Positions 47,181 to 60,049 of a stretch of 64,000 nt of DNA are shown piece after piece. The position numbers and the translations under genes were made by a program. The stretch covers positions 26,486,954 through 26,550,953 of the forward strand of contig CP154954.1 in NCBI GenBank assembly GCA_039621445.1, given 5' to 3'. The first letter of the stretch is position 1, and each line of letters opens with the position of its first letter. The notes under the pieces were generated by a model. It made no database searches. It had not been told where the DNA came from and saw nothing but the letters and a program-made list of their open reading frames with translations. The DNA comes from Euglena gracilis. Taxonomy: Eukaryota.

Positions 47181-47243
47181 ACCCTGGCCCTAACCTAACC
47201 CTAACCCTGACCCTAACCTTAGCCCTAACCCTAACCCTAACCC
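47181..47243. repeat. Interstitial telomere-like (CCCTAA)n tract
   Basis: About 10 perfect or degenerate CCCTAA units. Confidence 0.75.
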
Positions 47244-49663
47244 AAATCTAGTGGGGGGGGGGACAAATTCACCCTCGCCATGAATGTCTGCCCCAAACAT
47301 GAAACGTGTCTAATTTTACCTTCATCTGAAAATCCTGTGCAAAAGACGTTAGGAGAATCCTGTGGAGAAAAAATCCTGTGAACTCTGGGAAAAACAAAGC
47401 CAAACTGGTGGGTATGGCGTGAGGCCAAAATTTGTGTGAGGCAATCATCCAATAGGCCACCTTCCCAAGGGGCAAAATGCTAGAGCTGAAGCTGTAAAAC
47501 CTCAAAGTTCATTCATTTTTCTTCTTTCGATTTGCGGGGGGATCTGGCCAGGAGCAATTGCTGACGGGAAAAATTACGCCGGAAAAATATTGAACAGGAA
47601 AAATCTTGGATGCCTTCAACCTTGACACCCAGAAAATTTGACTTTTGGTGCCGATGTCGGGGTCAAATTGTATAGAAATTTCTGCAACTCACCATGTGCC
47701 TTTTTACCTTTATTTGGAGTTCAGGATTATACTTGTTTTTTTGTATCATTCCTTTTTCCGTTTCCCACAATTCTGGATTGTGGGAAACCTGAGATCTGCT
47801 GCTTATCCCAATGATTTCACTGAAGTATCAGTTCTGAGATTTCTTCGTCCAAGAATTTCCCCGGCCATTCTAAGCGGCAGGGAAGTGGCTACCTGCTTCC
47901 TTGTTTGGAAGAAGTGGGCCCTCCCCCCGATTGCGCAAATACCTAACTAAAAGTGCCCTTTGTTTTTCTTTTCTGCTTTAGCATTTGAGAAAGTAAGGTT
48001 CCGCTTCCTCTTAAAATTTTTGGTGAAAGTGGTTTTCCGCTTCCTCCTCTTCATATCCGCCTAAATCGTTCATTTTGAATGATTAATGCACATTTTTAAA
48101 CAGGTGATTGGAATAAAGCAAAACACATATCAAGAATTGTTGCGAAACGCAGAAGAAATTTTTGGCAGGAGCTCTGAGCAAATCCTTAAAAGTGGGGGGA
48201 AATCTTGGACAAAATTTCGTTTAGAGTTTCCCACAACATTTTTTTCCCGTTCAAGACCCCCCCAGTACTCAGTTCCTTCCGCACAATTGGATTTTTTGTG
48301 TGTTGATCCTTGGTGATTGAAAAAAAACCAACTTTGAGAACAATAAAACACACAAAAAAAAGCAAACTCCCAAACATAGGCATCCATTTCAAGCAGTGGT
48401 TTTCAATTAATTCGGGAGAGGACGTGTTGTGCCTACCTGAGCGAGTTGAGCCCTCCTTTTTTGTCAGTGGGAGGGGGGGTGTCCTTGTCACGTCTTCCTC
48501 ATTGGACAGAAAAGTATTCCATCTGTGGACCCTGCAAAAAGAATGCAGAATAAATGTTTCTCCTTTAATCCCTCGCACATTTTTCACCCATGTTCTTTCC
48601 TTTTTATAAAAAAAATCAGTTTTTGACCTCGTGACAAATTTTGGACCCTGTTCATCATTCTGACAAAAACAAAAATTGCGACATTTCATAGAAAGGCAGA
48701 CTTGAACTGCTGGGGACTTAAACGTCCTGTGGGAGGATTCAACCTCCATTGCGTTTAACAAGACCTAGTTTTAGAATAATTTAATTGTAATCCTTTCCCT
48801 GTCCTAACCCCATGACTCAATAACCCAAACCTTAACCTGAACCTTTGGCCTTGGGTCGGCTGTCTATATTACACCTGCGTTGAGGACATCGCCTCCTGGG
48901 AGAGTGAAAATAAAGGCAAATTAGGTTTGGGGCATCACCAAAAGGGTGGTGCGAGATGCAAACACGCATGTTAAATCCTCATCATCGGTTGAAGAACCAG
49001 AAGACAGGGATTGCTTCATAAAAACTCAGACATTTATTTTTGCCCTTTTCTCCTGGAATTGGAGGATAAATATCAGGAGAAAAGGTGAGGAAAACTTTGG
49101 CAAAATAATACAAAATTATCTTGGGAATCATTAGGGATCTCTTAAAGGGTGGGGGGGGACCTGTGTCGATTCCATGTTTCATCGCCACGAAACCAAAAAT
49201 CGTTAGAGCTAGCCTTCTTGGGTGTTTTCAAAAAAATCATCTCAAACTTTCTCTCATCCTGCACTTTTAATTGGCATTCTTTAATTACCCCCCCCCCCCC
49301 TAGAGGGTCAATGGCTTAGCAAAGGAGGACGACCCGATTCTCAAACGCACCCACTTTGTCAGCATTTTTATGAATTTTGCTTTTTTAGGTTTTTGCATAG
49401 GGTTCTCAACAATGGGGCAGCCAGGATTGGGGTTTGGTGGTTCTGCAAAAATCAGGCCGAAATTAGGCCTACCTTTACAGCAGCCTTTCGGGCCCACCAT
49501 TGAGCAGCCTTTCGGGCCCACCGTTGGAAGGAAGGGAGGGACGGCGACAACGCGTGCGGGGGAGGAGTGGGTGAATGCCCCGATCCCCGTCTGAGGGTTG
49601 CCGGGGAGGCAAAAGGGAGCCGGCCGGGCCCGGGCCGCCGCACACTTCCCCCCGCCGGGGTGG

Positions 49664-49900
49664 TCACTCGCTCTCCCACATGTATTTCCGCTTGCGGTCC
49701 CCACCGGGCCGGGCGTCCCGACCCGCCCGCCGGGGGCTGGGCCGGGCTGGGCCCCGCCCCCGGCTCCGCTCCCGCTCGCGGTCGCGGCTGCCGCCCCGCC
49801 GCGCCGGCCGGTCACCGGTGCTCGGGGACCGGTGCCGCACGGTTCCGGGGTCGATGTGCAGGGGGGAGCGGCTCGGGGCATGGGGAGGGCGGGGGCGGCG
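49664..49900 (-). CDS. Probable terminal exon of the RRM/RS gene (...RHRSPSTGDRPARRGGSRDRERERSRGRGPARPSPRR...RKRKYMWESE*)
   Basis: RS/RD/RE dipeptide-rich frame ending at a stop codon. Upper boundary is approximate. Confidence 0.5.
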   Translation of the reverse strand, partial: RRPRPPHAPSRSPLHIDPGTVRHRSPSTGDRPARRGGSRDRERERSRGRGPARPSPRRAGRDARPGGDRKRKYMWESE

Positions 49901-50739
49901 GGACGCGGGGAACAGCGTTGCGCGAAGGTCGCGTGCCACATCACAGGGGGAGAACGCAACGGAAAACGCGACATGGAAAGGTAACAAAGAAACACCAATT
50001 TTGCCAAAATTGAAAATAAAAAAAAACGGGTGAAACCGCATTTGCCACCCCCCCCCCACCCGACCCGATTCCTGCTCTGGGTCAGAAGCGCGCGAAGAGG
50101 GCAAAGACTACTTCTGCCGACGTTGCCCGGACAGCCCCTCGGGTGTTCATTGTCCCACTGGATGTGGGGATTGGCAGGAAACCCCCCAGCAATGCCATGG
50201 ATACAAATTTGTAAAGTCCCGCCCCGAAATTGAGCCTCTTTCAGAGCAGCCAGCCGCAACTGCTCAGCCTACGAAAGCAATGGACACAGCTGATCCACGC
50301 TTCCATTCCTGAGAAATCTGCGACCCTGCCTTCGGGCCTGTACGGGAAGGGTTGATGGAGGAAGTCGACACCCACCTGGGGGGGGGGATGGGACACCCAC
50401 CCCCACCACAGCACCGCAAAAGAAAAAATCTACCAGGTGGCACTTGGCTGCAACTTTTCAGCGGATCGCCGCAGCAGGGGTTGGCTGCCCAATAGGAACT
50501 GCTGGCTGGGGGGGGGGGGGACTGATGGGATCCCCTTTTTTGCCTTTGGCTGAAGAAATCACTGTTTTCGGTCCGACCCCCCCCACCCCCATCCTGGAGG
50601 ACGCAGAAGGAATGCTTCTTTGCGGTGGGGGTGGGAAAGTCCCACCCACCACCGGCCGGGTTTCCCGGGTATTCAGCCCTGCCCACGCTCCCACCGTTTG
50701 GAGACTGCGGGGCCCAAGGTGCGAAGACCCCAATGCAGT

Positions 50740-50938
50740 GACCGCTGCTATGGCGTCAGCGTATGTGGAAGACCCCCTGGCGTTCGAAGCGGGATGGCCG
50801 GTTGCCTGAGCCGCCCCCCCGGCAGGCGGCCGGCGCCCGGCGGACCCGGGGCTGCGGCGGGCTCGAGCCGGCGACCGCGACCGTGACCGTGACCGCGCCC
50901 AGGCGCCGAGGGCTTCCCACGCCTCGTGTCGCCGCTGC
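50740..50938 (-). CDS. Probable GC-rich exon of the RRM/RS gene; frame and boundaries unresolved
   Basis: GC-rich island. One frame reads RSRSRSRSPARARRSPR. Both a CTGaccct| end and a ctgcag| end are present at its 5' side. Confidence 0.4.
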
Positions 50939-51045
50939 AGGGTCAGAAGTTCAGTTCCCGGACGTTAGATCCGGAAAACCAAATCCAACGCTGTGAACGT
51001 CAGTCTGCCTGTGGATGAGGGTGGGGGGGGGGGGCTGCTCCTCGG

Positions 51046-51097
51046 TGCCTGAGAGGGACCGGGATGGGGACCGCCGTGAGCGAGGGGGGTGGCGCGC
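51046..51097 (-). CDS. RS-rich exon (ARHPPRSRRSPSRSLSG), lower boundary uncertain
   Basis: Pyrimidine tract ttttcgtgtcctccgcag|GCG, phase 0, matching the donor at 54349. Confidence 0.55.
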
Positions 51098-54000
51098 CTG
51101 CGGAGGACACGAAAACAGGAGGCGGTGACATTGGAATGCAGCTCTGATCAAAATCAAACCAAAATCCCAGCAACACCGAGCCATGCCATAAAGAATACCA
51201 ATCATCCCATCGTCTGCTAATACAAGCAGTGGCGTGTGCACAAAACTGCAAGAGGCAGCGTTGCACTTTTTTGAAGAAAAGATGGCGAAAATACACAAAA
51301 TTAACTGCTGGCAGATTGCCATTTGCACATTCAGACAGTCATCTTTCTGAACGGTTCGGCGGTTGGCAATGAAGCTTTCAACAAGGAACTGTTCCCCCTG
51401 AATTTCTGGATACTCAAATCTTTCAATCATGCCCAGCCATGCCCAGTGATTGATTGGATTGGAGACTTTCATTCATTTGACCTGCAATATGGCCAAAAAA
51501 GTGGTTGACAATGGCCCAAAATGGGCAAAATATGCCCAACGGTGACCAAGACGGAAAACGGCCCAAAAAGGAAGGCAAAGCCCCAAATAGTATGAAACGG
51601 CCCAAATTGACACCAAAGAAAAATGCGCAATGTGCGGAAATGGTGGAATATGCGGTAGAAAACTCCTGCAAAACCTCAAAATATGCACAAAACATGCGAA
51701 ATGTGAGCGCCCCCCCCCCTTTTTCCCACCAACCACCTTGTGTACCGACCAACCCCTGGTCAGGGGTTGTAACCAGGGGGGGGGATTATGCAACAAGGAT
51801 CCTCAAAATGTGCAATGCAAAAAATGCAAAAAATGCAAAAAAAAGTGCAAAGAAAATGTCAAAAATGCAAGCCACCTGTAAATTCCTTTGAGGGCTCCCC
51901 AGGGCTGTACACATTTTTGCTGGAGAGGACTTCGAAAAAATTCACCTGCCCCAAAATGAAACACCAAAGGAACATATGCTGCAAACCTGCGAAGTGATAC
52001 GGTTCGTTCACCTAGTTGCATCATCCACATATATTTCGGTATACAACTACTGGTAATGTGAAATTGGTCAAAAAAAGTGAGGTATGCAACTACCAGTTGT
52101 CCGAAAGTGGAGAAAGTTTGTCTTTACAAACACCCCCAAAAAAATGGAAAGGCAAAATATTCAAAAAAAATGCAAAAATGAGCCTTTTCACAAATTTTTC
52201 ACTATGCATAAAAATGCAAATTATGCACCTTGCACATTCCTCCCTTGCTGTAACCCCCCAAATTTAAGCAACCCATCCAAAATTAAGTGCCCCCCACCAC
52301 TGGGGTCTTCAAGCAATAGCCCGGAAGTCAGCGATGAAAGAAAGGGGTGTGATTTCTAAAACAACTGATATTATAAGAACCCCGGCCAAATAAAAATAGT
52401 GAAATGTGCGCTATATATGCGGAAACGTAGGCAAAATATGCACTCCCATATATCCCCGGGGGTCCACTGGCTAGCCAATTTGCTAGACACTGGAAAAAAT
52501 GGACCAGCTGGTCCCCCCCCCCAGGGTCACCTCGACTGGAAAAAATATTTTTGCTAGCTAGCCCTGCTGGTGGACCCCCCCCGGGGGGTACACAAAAATT
52601 TCCAGTTGTCAAATTTGGAATAGTTGCAGTCCAGCCCCCCAGGGGGGGGGGGTACTGCGAATCCTTGAGCAATAGACTGCAGTTCAAAATCTTCACAGGG
52701 TGCTGCAGGCAATCAGAAAGCAAAGGGGTGGGCCTGTCACTGGACCTCCAGAACACTGCTTGGCACTGGCAGTTGCCATGCAGGAAATGTGGCGGACAAG
52801 ACCAGGGGTTTGTGTATTTTGGGTAACATCTTATTTTTCCCGGGGGGTCAACCGGGGAGGAATCGCAACTTGGCGACATGTTTCGGAGGGCCAGAAACAC
52901 TAAATTTTGACCCCCAGGTTTCAACACCGACAACAACTGGAAAATGGGGAAGATCCACAGACGTAGGGCCGGCGTATCCCCCAACGCGTTCCAGGCGTCA
53001 TCATAAAAATCCGATGTTGTTGGGGGACCCAGACACCTTCAAGGGCAGGTCACTTGGATGTGTTTTTAGAAACTTGCCGTAAAAACGCGATGGCATTTTT
53101 TGAGCCCCAAGTCGTCAAAATTTTCTGAACCTTTTCTGAACCGTTCGATTTCCCATCCTAAATTTTGTCCACCCAATTTTCTACAGCTTACCCCCAATAT
53201 CCCCAGGGCTTTCCCTCTGACCGGTCCAAACCTGAAATCAACAGCCTGCTTCAGAAGCAGGCTGGACGGGGAACATGGAAATTATATGGTGGGGGTGGGG
53301 GTGGAGTGGGGTGGGGAGCCCCCCCAACACCTCCCCCACTCATAACTCGCGGAGTATTATAGAATCTGGTTTGGTGGTTGTCTCTTGGGGGTGTAAGTCG
53401 AGGCTCAGTGGAGCCACAAAAAAACGCCCTCTTTGCCCAGGGTTGCTGTGGGAGGGGGCAGTGCGTTTGGTTGCTGCCACAGCCGGCCGCGGCTGGCTAT
53501 GGCTGTATCAACCGCCATTTGGTGGCCGGCTACAGCTGGCCGCGGCTGCTCGCCGTTCCGACCAACGCATTTCTGGGGCGGATGGATTTGGCCCCGCCGC
53601 GCTGTTCGCGGCCAGCTTGCCGTCGGCTGCGGTCAACTGCGGGTCAGCTGCAGCTACCCGCGGCGAGGAAAACTCCAACCAGCCTGGTTGCAACGGGTCG
53701 TCTGCTTTCCAGCCAGTCAAAAATCCGTCCCTGGCCTCGTTGGGTTTTGTACAACTGCAGCTGACTACAGCCGGGCCAAGGTTTCGACCAGGCCTGACCA
53801 TCAATGGCCGTGGTGTTGCCGCGGACGGCAGTTGGCAAACAGAGAACTTCAAACAAATGACAACAATTCGAAATATTTGCAAACATATTCTGCATTCTTT
53901 CCTGACCTCATGCGATAATTTGTGGGTGCGCGTGTGTGTGTGGGCATGTGTGTCCAGTTTGCAATCTAAATGACTTGGATTGCTTATCAACGGAGGCAAC

Positions 54001-54349
54001 CAAACTCGAATTTTGGATGATTCTTTGTTCCTTTGCACAAATTGAGCAAATTAAGTCAAGGTCCAGGTTTTTGGGGCCCAGACCCGCCCACCCACCCACC
54101 CTTGGGGAGCCCCGGGAGGGGGGATGGAGGGACCCCCGCTTCGAAGGGTCAATTTTGGACTCCAAAAAAAATGTTTGGCGCTTCTGCCAAAAATAGAGGC
54201 CACCCTCCAGGGGGTACCCAATCGGCCAACCCCCACCCTCCTCCCCCAGGTCCCAAACCTTTAAAAAAAAAATCTGGTGGTCGGAGCCACAAACTTCTCG
54301 CTGCACTGTGGGGGGGGGGGGGTGCCCGGGTAACACCATGGCGGCACAC

Positions 54350-54462
54350 CTCCCGGTCGGGCCGGGCACTGGTGGGCTGGACCGTCGGGTTCCGGGCGGC
54401 TGCGCTCATGGAGACAGAGACAGTCAGGGTGAAGCGGCCGACGCCGACGTGCCCATCCAGCT
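54350..54462 (-). CDS. RRM C-terminal exon (ELDGHVGVGRFTLTVSVSMSAAARNPTVQPTSARPDRE)
   Basis: Acceptor acgtccag|AG CTG (phase 1) completes an LxG...GR.L.V RRM end. Donor GAG|GTGTGC. Confidence 0.75.
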
Positions 54463-55061
54463 CTGGACGTGTGCGTGGGACGGGGGGTTGGCAGACCCCG
54501 GCAAAAAGCGTGGAACAGCGTGGACTGACCCTCCCAGAGCGGAGAGGAGGGTTTCATAGATAACGATGAATGATCTTTGTTTCTCTTGTTTGACTTCTAA
54601 ACGAATTCTCCTCTGAACGAGACAAACGTGGGCCAGAGAATTCTCCTGAGTTGCATCCTTTGTTTCATTCTATCCGGGCCCATCGGCGCCTTCGGCGTTT
54701 TAACACATCATGAGAAGCGTACCGAACATGAGCCGTGGCGTCAGGAGGTGTGCGCACATGCACGAGCGCGTAAATGCGTGCGTGCACCTGCGTGTGCACA
54801 TCCACGTGCGTGTAAATGCGGCTCCGGTAGCGTAAATTACCCAATTAATATCTAAGGAAATGACTCGAACACCCTGAAAATGGCCACCTACGACGAGTTC
54901 ACAAGGTCCAGGTGGGTGGATGTAGGCGGGTGTGTGGGTAGGTGGGTAGGTGGGTGGGTGGGTGGGTGGGTGGATGGGTGGCCGGTGGGTGTTGGTGTGG
55001 ATGGGTGGCATGATGTCATATGCAAATCTGGCAGCCTGCTGTCGATCATTGTCACCCACAC

Positions 55062-55234
55062 CTAGGCACTTCCGAAAGCTATCCCAGGCGTGGAAGGTGA
55101 AGAAGCCGTAGTGCTTGGTGTGCAACGTATCCCGGATGACCTTCTGGTGCATCAGTGGACCACACTGGGTGGTGAGGAACGACATGATGTCCTCATCCGA
55201 CAGCAATGTGTCCAGCCCTAAAGGGTGGTAGCAC
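55062..55234 (-). CDS. RRM exon (VCYHPLGLDTLLSDEDIMSFLTTQCGPLMHQKVIRDTLHTKHYGFFTFHAWDSFRKCL)
   Basis: RNP1-like KHYGFFTF and helix-1-like SDEDIMSFL. Ends CTA G|GTGTGG (GT donor, phase 1). An alternative AG acceptor exists at 55218. Confidence 0.75.
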
Positions 55235-56019
55235 ACCCTGTGACCGGGGGGGGGGGGTCGTAAATGAGGGGGCGGTCGTAGGTAAGGTGGTGTTAAAATT
55301 TTCGCAACCTGCAACCTGTGACCGGGGGAGTGAGGCCAAACTCAGGCTGGCCAGTCTTAACCCTAACTTTACGCCCTCACTAACCCCAAGGCAATTCCCC
55401 AATGGCATACCTGGTGTCAAGTTTAATGACCCCCCCAGGGGCGGTACTAAACTTAACACTTGCCATATATCTTTACCCTTATCTGTGTCTATCTCTCCAC
55501 TTCTCAACTTCTCCGACATCTCCATCTCCAAATATTAGTTTCCCCTCTCAAAATGGTCATTTTGAGGTTGATAGCTCGTGGAATATTCATCAAAACTTGC
55601 CAAAAATGGTATTTTTGGCCATCTTCGGTCAAGTGCCCTTGTGGTGAACTGGTTTGGGCTTGGTAGAGGGGCTCCCTGGTGAAGGTTCAAACGGGGGTCC
55701 AAAAATGATCGAAGTCTGCTGTCTGATCTCACCACATGCATTTTAATGCTATTCCTGGGAATTCATGCTATTGCAGGCTTCATTTGGTTTCATTGAAGAA
55801 CAACCTTGTAAAAAAAATAGGCGCAAGAAGGAGCCTTTTTTGGATGCCGAGGCTGCACGTGTGCCCAAATGAGTCCCACTGCAGGGGGGCTCGAACCAGA
55901 CAGGTAATGGCTGGACCCCCAGGTGGGGTCCGAGGGGGGCGGGGGGCACGGCCAGCTGGCAGCTGGACCTGGTTGGCGCACAAAAAAAAGTACAAACCCA
56001 GCTGGATTGGAAATGTTTA

Positions 56020-56354
56020 AACCCCCCCACCTATAAGAAAACCCCCTCTATAAGAAACCCCCACCTATAAGAAACCCTTTGGGCATTTTCGGACCGCGCC
56101 CACCTATAAGAAACCCCCACCTCTCAGAAACCCCTGGGGAGCTTTGAACCCAACCACCCCCTTTTTTCTTCGGCGCCAAAGGCGCCGAAGGAAAATTTTG
56201 ACCGTTTTTGGCCACTTTTGGCTTTTTGTCGGCTCAAAACTTTTTCGGACATTGAAACCCACCTATAAGAAACCCCCACCTATAAGAAACCCCTCGGGCC
56301 ATTTTTTGGAAACCCACCTATAGAAACGGGTTTCTTATAGGTGGGGGGGGGGGT
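56020..56354. mobile_element. TA-flanked MITE with CCCACCTATAAGAAAC subterminal repeats
   Basis: About 8 direct copies of the motif and one inverted terminal copy (GTTTCTTATAGGTGGG). TA on both sides. Confidence 0.75.
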
Positions 56355-57889
56355 TAGCCCTCAAACGGGCCCTTGCTTAAGGACCCCCCCCCGGGGGGGG
56401 GGGTACTGGCTAGCCAATCGGCTACACACTGGAAAAAATGGACTAGCTAGACCCCCCCCCCCCCCCCGGGGGGGGGGGGGGTCCGGGGGTCCCCCCGACT
56501 GGAAAAAATTTTCCTCCGGCGCTGTGCGCCGAGGTGGAAATGAGGTTTTCAATAGGTTTTGGGCTGATTTTGTTCCAAAAATTCCCAAAAATGGCCAAAA
56601 ACGGGCATTTTTGGGCCATTTTGGGGGGTCAAAGAAAATTCCGGCGCTTCGCGCCGGTCACTGGAAAAAAAAATTCCACCAGCTAGCCCTGTTAGTAGAC
56701 CCCCCGGGGGGGGGCAGGGTTCGATATAAGGAGAGGAGGGGGGGGGGTGGTCCGGACCCCCCCTGCGGGCCAGGAGGGGGGGGGGGTGGGGGGGCCACCC
56801 CCCCACCTAAACAGGTGCGCGGTCAGGGTGGCCGAAAATTTTTTGACCCCCCAAAACGACCAAACGTGCCATTTTGGGCACTTTTTGGGCAAAAATGTGC
56901 CAAAAATGCAAAAAATTTTCGGCGCGAAGCGCCGGAGGAAAAAATTGACCCTTTTTGGGGGGGTCCCGGGAACCCCCCCGAGGGTCGGTCCGGACCCCCC
57001 TTGCAGGTGGGGATTTTGGATTTGGATTTGTAGTGCCCCGCATTGCTGCGCAGTGCCTCCAGCCGTGGGCGTACACAAGCACCACTCAGGAGGGCACCCC
57101 CGGAGCCCGGGCATTAAGATTTGATGTAGGATTTTGGGATTTGTTGGGGTTCGCCTGTGGGGGGGTGGGGGGTTTAGTGTCCAGGGGGCAAATAGAGTGA
57201 GTTGCGAAAACTAGAGAGTACCGTAAAAATACGGGGTGGGGGATAGGGAAAAAAAAAGTGTGGGTGAACAGTGGGAGGGAATGACACAGGAGGCGCAGAG
57301 AGGAGTCCAAAGTACAGGGTGTCCAAAGGAAAGGGCGAGCATGGTGGCTGTGGTTATCCGGAGCCTTTGGGGGGTCTGGGCAGTCGGTGTGAAGAACAGC
57401 ACAGGGGGGGGGGGCTGTTCAGAAGTGCGGCGCGTAGCACACCTTGGAAGTTCGGAGGGTTGGACACACTGGGGTGGTTGGAGGTGAAACAAAAGTCGGT
57501 GAGTAAGACATCATTGGTGGGTCCACAAATTGGGTGGGTTGAACACCACGGGGTTTAGTGGGTAAAACAACATGGGATGGGGTAATTGGTGTAGTCCAGA
57601 AATTTGATGGGTCTGAAACCAGGGATGAGGGTGTCCAGAAGTTCGTGGGAGAAACACCATGGGTTTTTGCAGAATAAATATATCATGGTGGGCAAGACAG
57701 GGCGGAATATATTGGGTACCCGGAAGTTCGCGGTTAAACACTGAGGGGTGGAAGAAATTCAGTGGGTGAGATAGATGGGGTGGTTGGGGTTATCCAGAAG
57801 CTCGATGGGCCAGGTAACACGGGTTGATTTGGGTAGTCCTGAAGAGGGGAAACAACGGGGTGATTGTGTTATAAATGGAACAAGATGGG

Positions 57890-59900
57890 GGAGGTTGTAA
57901 ATTTTGGTGAGGCAGCAGAAGAAACTATGCATTGGTTGGTGCTCGTAAAAAATATGCTTGCATGCTGATGCAGGCTGTGAAATAAATCGGCACAAATTCA
58001 ACAAACCGCGGAAAGAGCTGTGTCTCACCGTGGTCTGGAGGGGGCACGGGGCGGGGAGGTGAACTGCACACGGTGGTGCATGTAAGAATGGATGGGAGAC
58101 TGGTGTCATAAAAATAGGGAGGCTGGGAATGCGAGGGGCTGATAAAAAAACTGTTTCCCCTGGGTGCCTTTCCATGAAATTTGGGGATGTTAATCTTACT
58201 AACTCAGTGGGGTTTCATTTAGAAATTGGGGGTTCGCAGCGAAGACTATTTGGGCTGTCCCACAGGTTTTTCAGTGTGTACTGACTTAGATGGGCCGCAA
58301 GAGAGATTTGTGGATGATAATTAAGAAAAAGGTTAAAGCGGCGGATGCAGGTAAATGGTTGCACTTAAGCAGGCTTGAGCCACGCTCAGACAAAACGGAG
58401 GGAAGAAGAGGTTCCCAAATTCTTAAAGATTAGGGTGCTCCTGGTGTGTGGGGGGTGGGTATGGTGGGTAGTGGGTGGAGGCAGGGCCGGGGCAGGGTTC
58501 CCGGGTGCCGGACGGAGGGTGCCGGCGGGGGGGGGGAGGGAGTCGGCGTCCACCATTTCCGGCGGAGAGCTGGTGGGTGAGCTGGGGGGGGGGGGGGGGC
58601 GGGGGGGGCTGGCAGAAACACGGTGCCAGGCCCAAGGTTCAAAGTCCAAGAGGCAGCAAAAGAAATCATAAAATGGTTGGTGCGCACAATATGTGCATGC
58701 TGATGTAATGCAATGAGATACATCAGCACAAAATCAACAAACCGTGGAGAGAGCTGTGTCTCACCCCGGTCTGGAGGGGATGGGGCGTGCACTGCTGCCA
58801 CATATGAATGTATGGAAAAGAAAATGGGCCTGGTGTCATGAAAGCGGGGAGGGGGCAGGGGGTGCCGGAAGCGCCGATGTAAATTTATTTCTCCCAGGTG
58901 ATCCCCCGCCTTTCTGTATTTCCTGAAATTCACAAATGCAATTGTTTTTATTTCCTTTATGTGTATTTCCTCCACAGTGCGCGCTATTTCGGAAAGTTGG
59001 GGGTCCGCTGCGAAGACCATTTGAGCTGCCTCACGTGTTTGTCAATGTGTACTGACTGAAATGAGCTGCAAGAGAAATTTGTGCATGAGAATTAAGCGAG
59101 GGTAAAAGCAGCTGATGCAGATAAATGGTTGCACTTCAGCAGCTTGAACAAAGTTTAGACAAAGCGGAGGGAAGAGGTCCCCAAATTCTTGAAGACTAGG
59201 GTGGGGTGGGTGTGGGGTGGGTGTGATGGGATGTGGGTGGAGGCACAGCTGGGGCAGGGTTCCCGGGTGCTGGACGGTGGGTGCCGGCGGGAGGGGGAGT
59301 CAGCGTTCACCATTCTCGGTGGAGAGCTGGTGGGTGAGCTGGGGGGGGGGGGGGGGGGGGGGGGCTGGCAGAAACATGGTGTCAGGCCCATTGTGACCGG
59401 TCCAAGGTTAAAAGTCCAAAAGAAATCAGAAAATGGTTGGTGCACACCAATGAGATACATCAGCACAAATTCAACAGACCGTGGAGAGAGCTGTGTCTCA
59501 CCCCGGTCTGGAGGGGGATGGGGCGTGCACTGCTTCCACATTTAAATGCATGGGAAAAGAAAATGGGCCTGGTGTCATGAAAGCGGGGAGGGGGCTGGGG
59601 GTGCCGGAAGCGCCGATGTAAATTTATTTCTCCCAGGTGTTTCCCCGCCTTCCATTATTTCCTGCAATTTAGAAATGTATTTTATGTGGATATCTACCAC
59701 AATGGGTGTTATTTCGGAAATTTGGGGGTTTGCTGCGAAGAGCATTTGAGCTGTCCCACGTGTGAGTCAGTGTTTACTGGTTAAAATGAGCTGCAAGGGA
59801 AATTTGAGGATGAGAATTAAGTGAGGGGTAAAAGCAGCGGTTGCAAATAAGTGGTCGCACTTGAGCAGCTTGAACAGAATTTCAAAGCGGAGGGAAAGGG
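57890..59900. repeat. Diverged tandem triplication, ~736-bp unit
   Basis: Anchor GAGCTGTGTCTCACC at ~58015, 58751 and 59488. Flanking blocks also recur. Confidence 0.85.
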
Positions 59901-60049
59901 AGGGTACGGGGGGGGCAGGGGGTAGGCGGGGGGTGGGGGGGGGAGGGGTCCCGGGTTTTTCTTTTCCCAGCAGGACCGTCCGATACCACAATGTACTCAT
60001 GTGACAGAACCAGTGCCAATTCACCGCCGCCACCCTAAGCCACTGCCCG

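Noticed and set aside
47181-47243. True chromosome end
   Set aside because: The tract is short, degenerate and internal, with genes on both sides.
50749-50809. Plus-strand mini-ORF MASAYVEDPLAFEAGWPVA
   Set aside because: Short, with no splice support, and overlaps a likely minus-strand exon.
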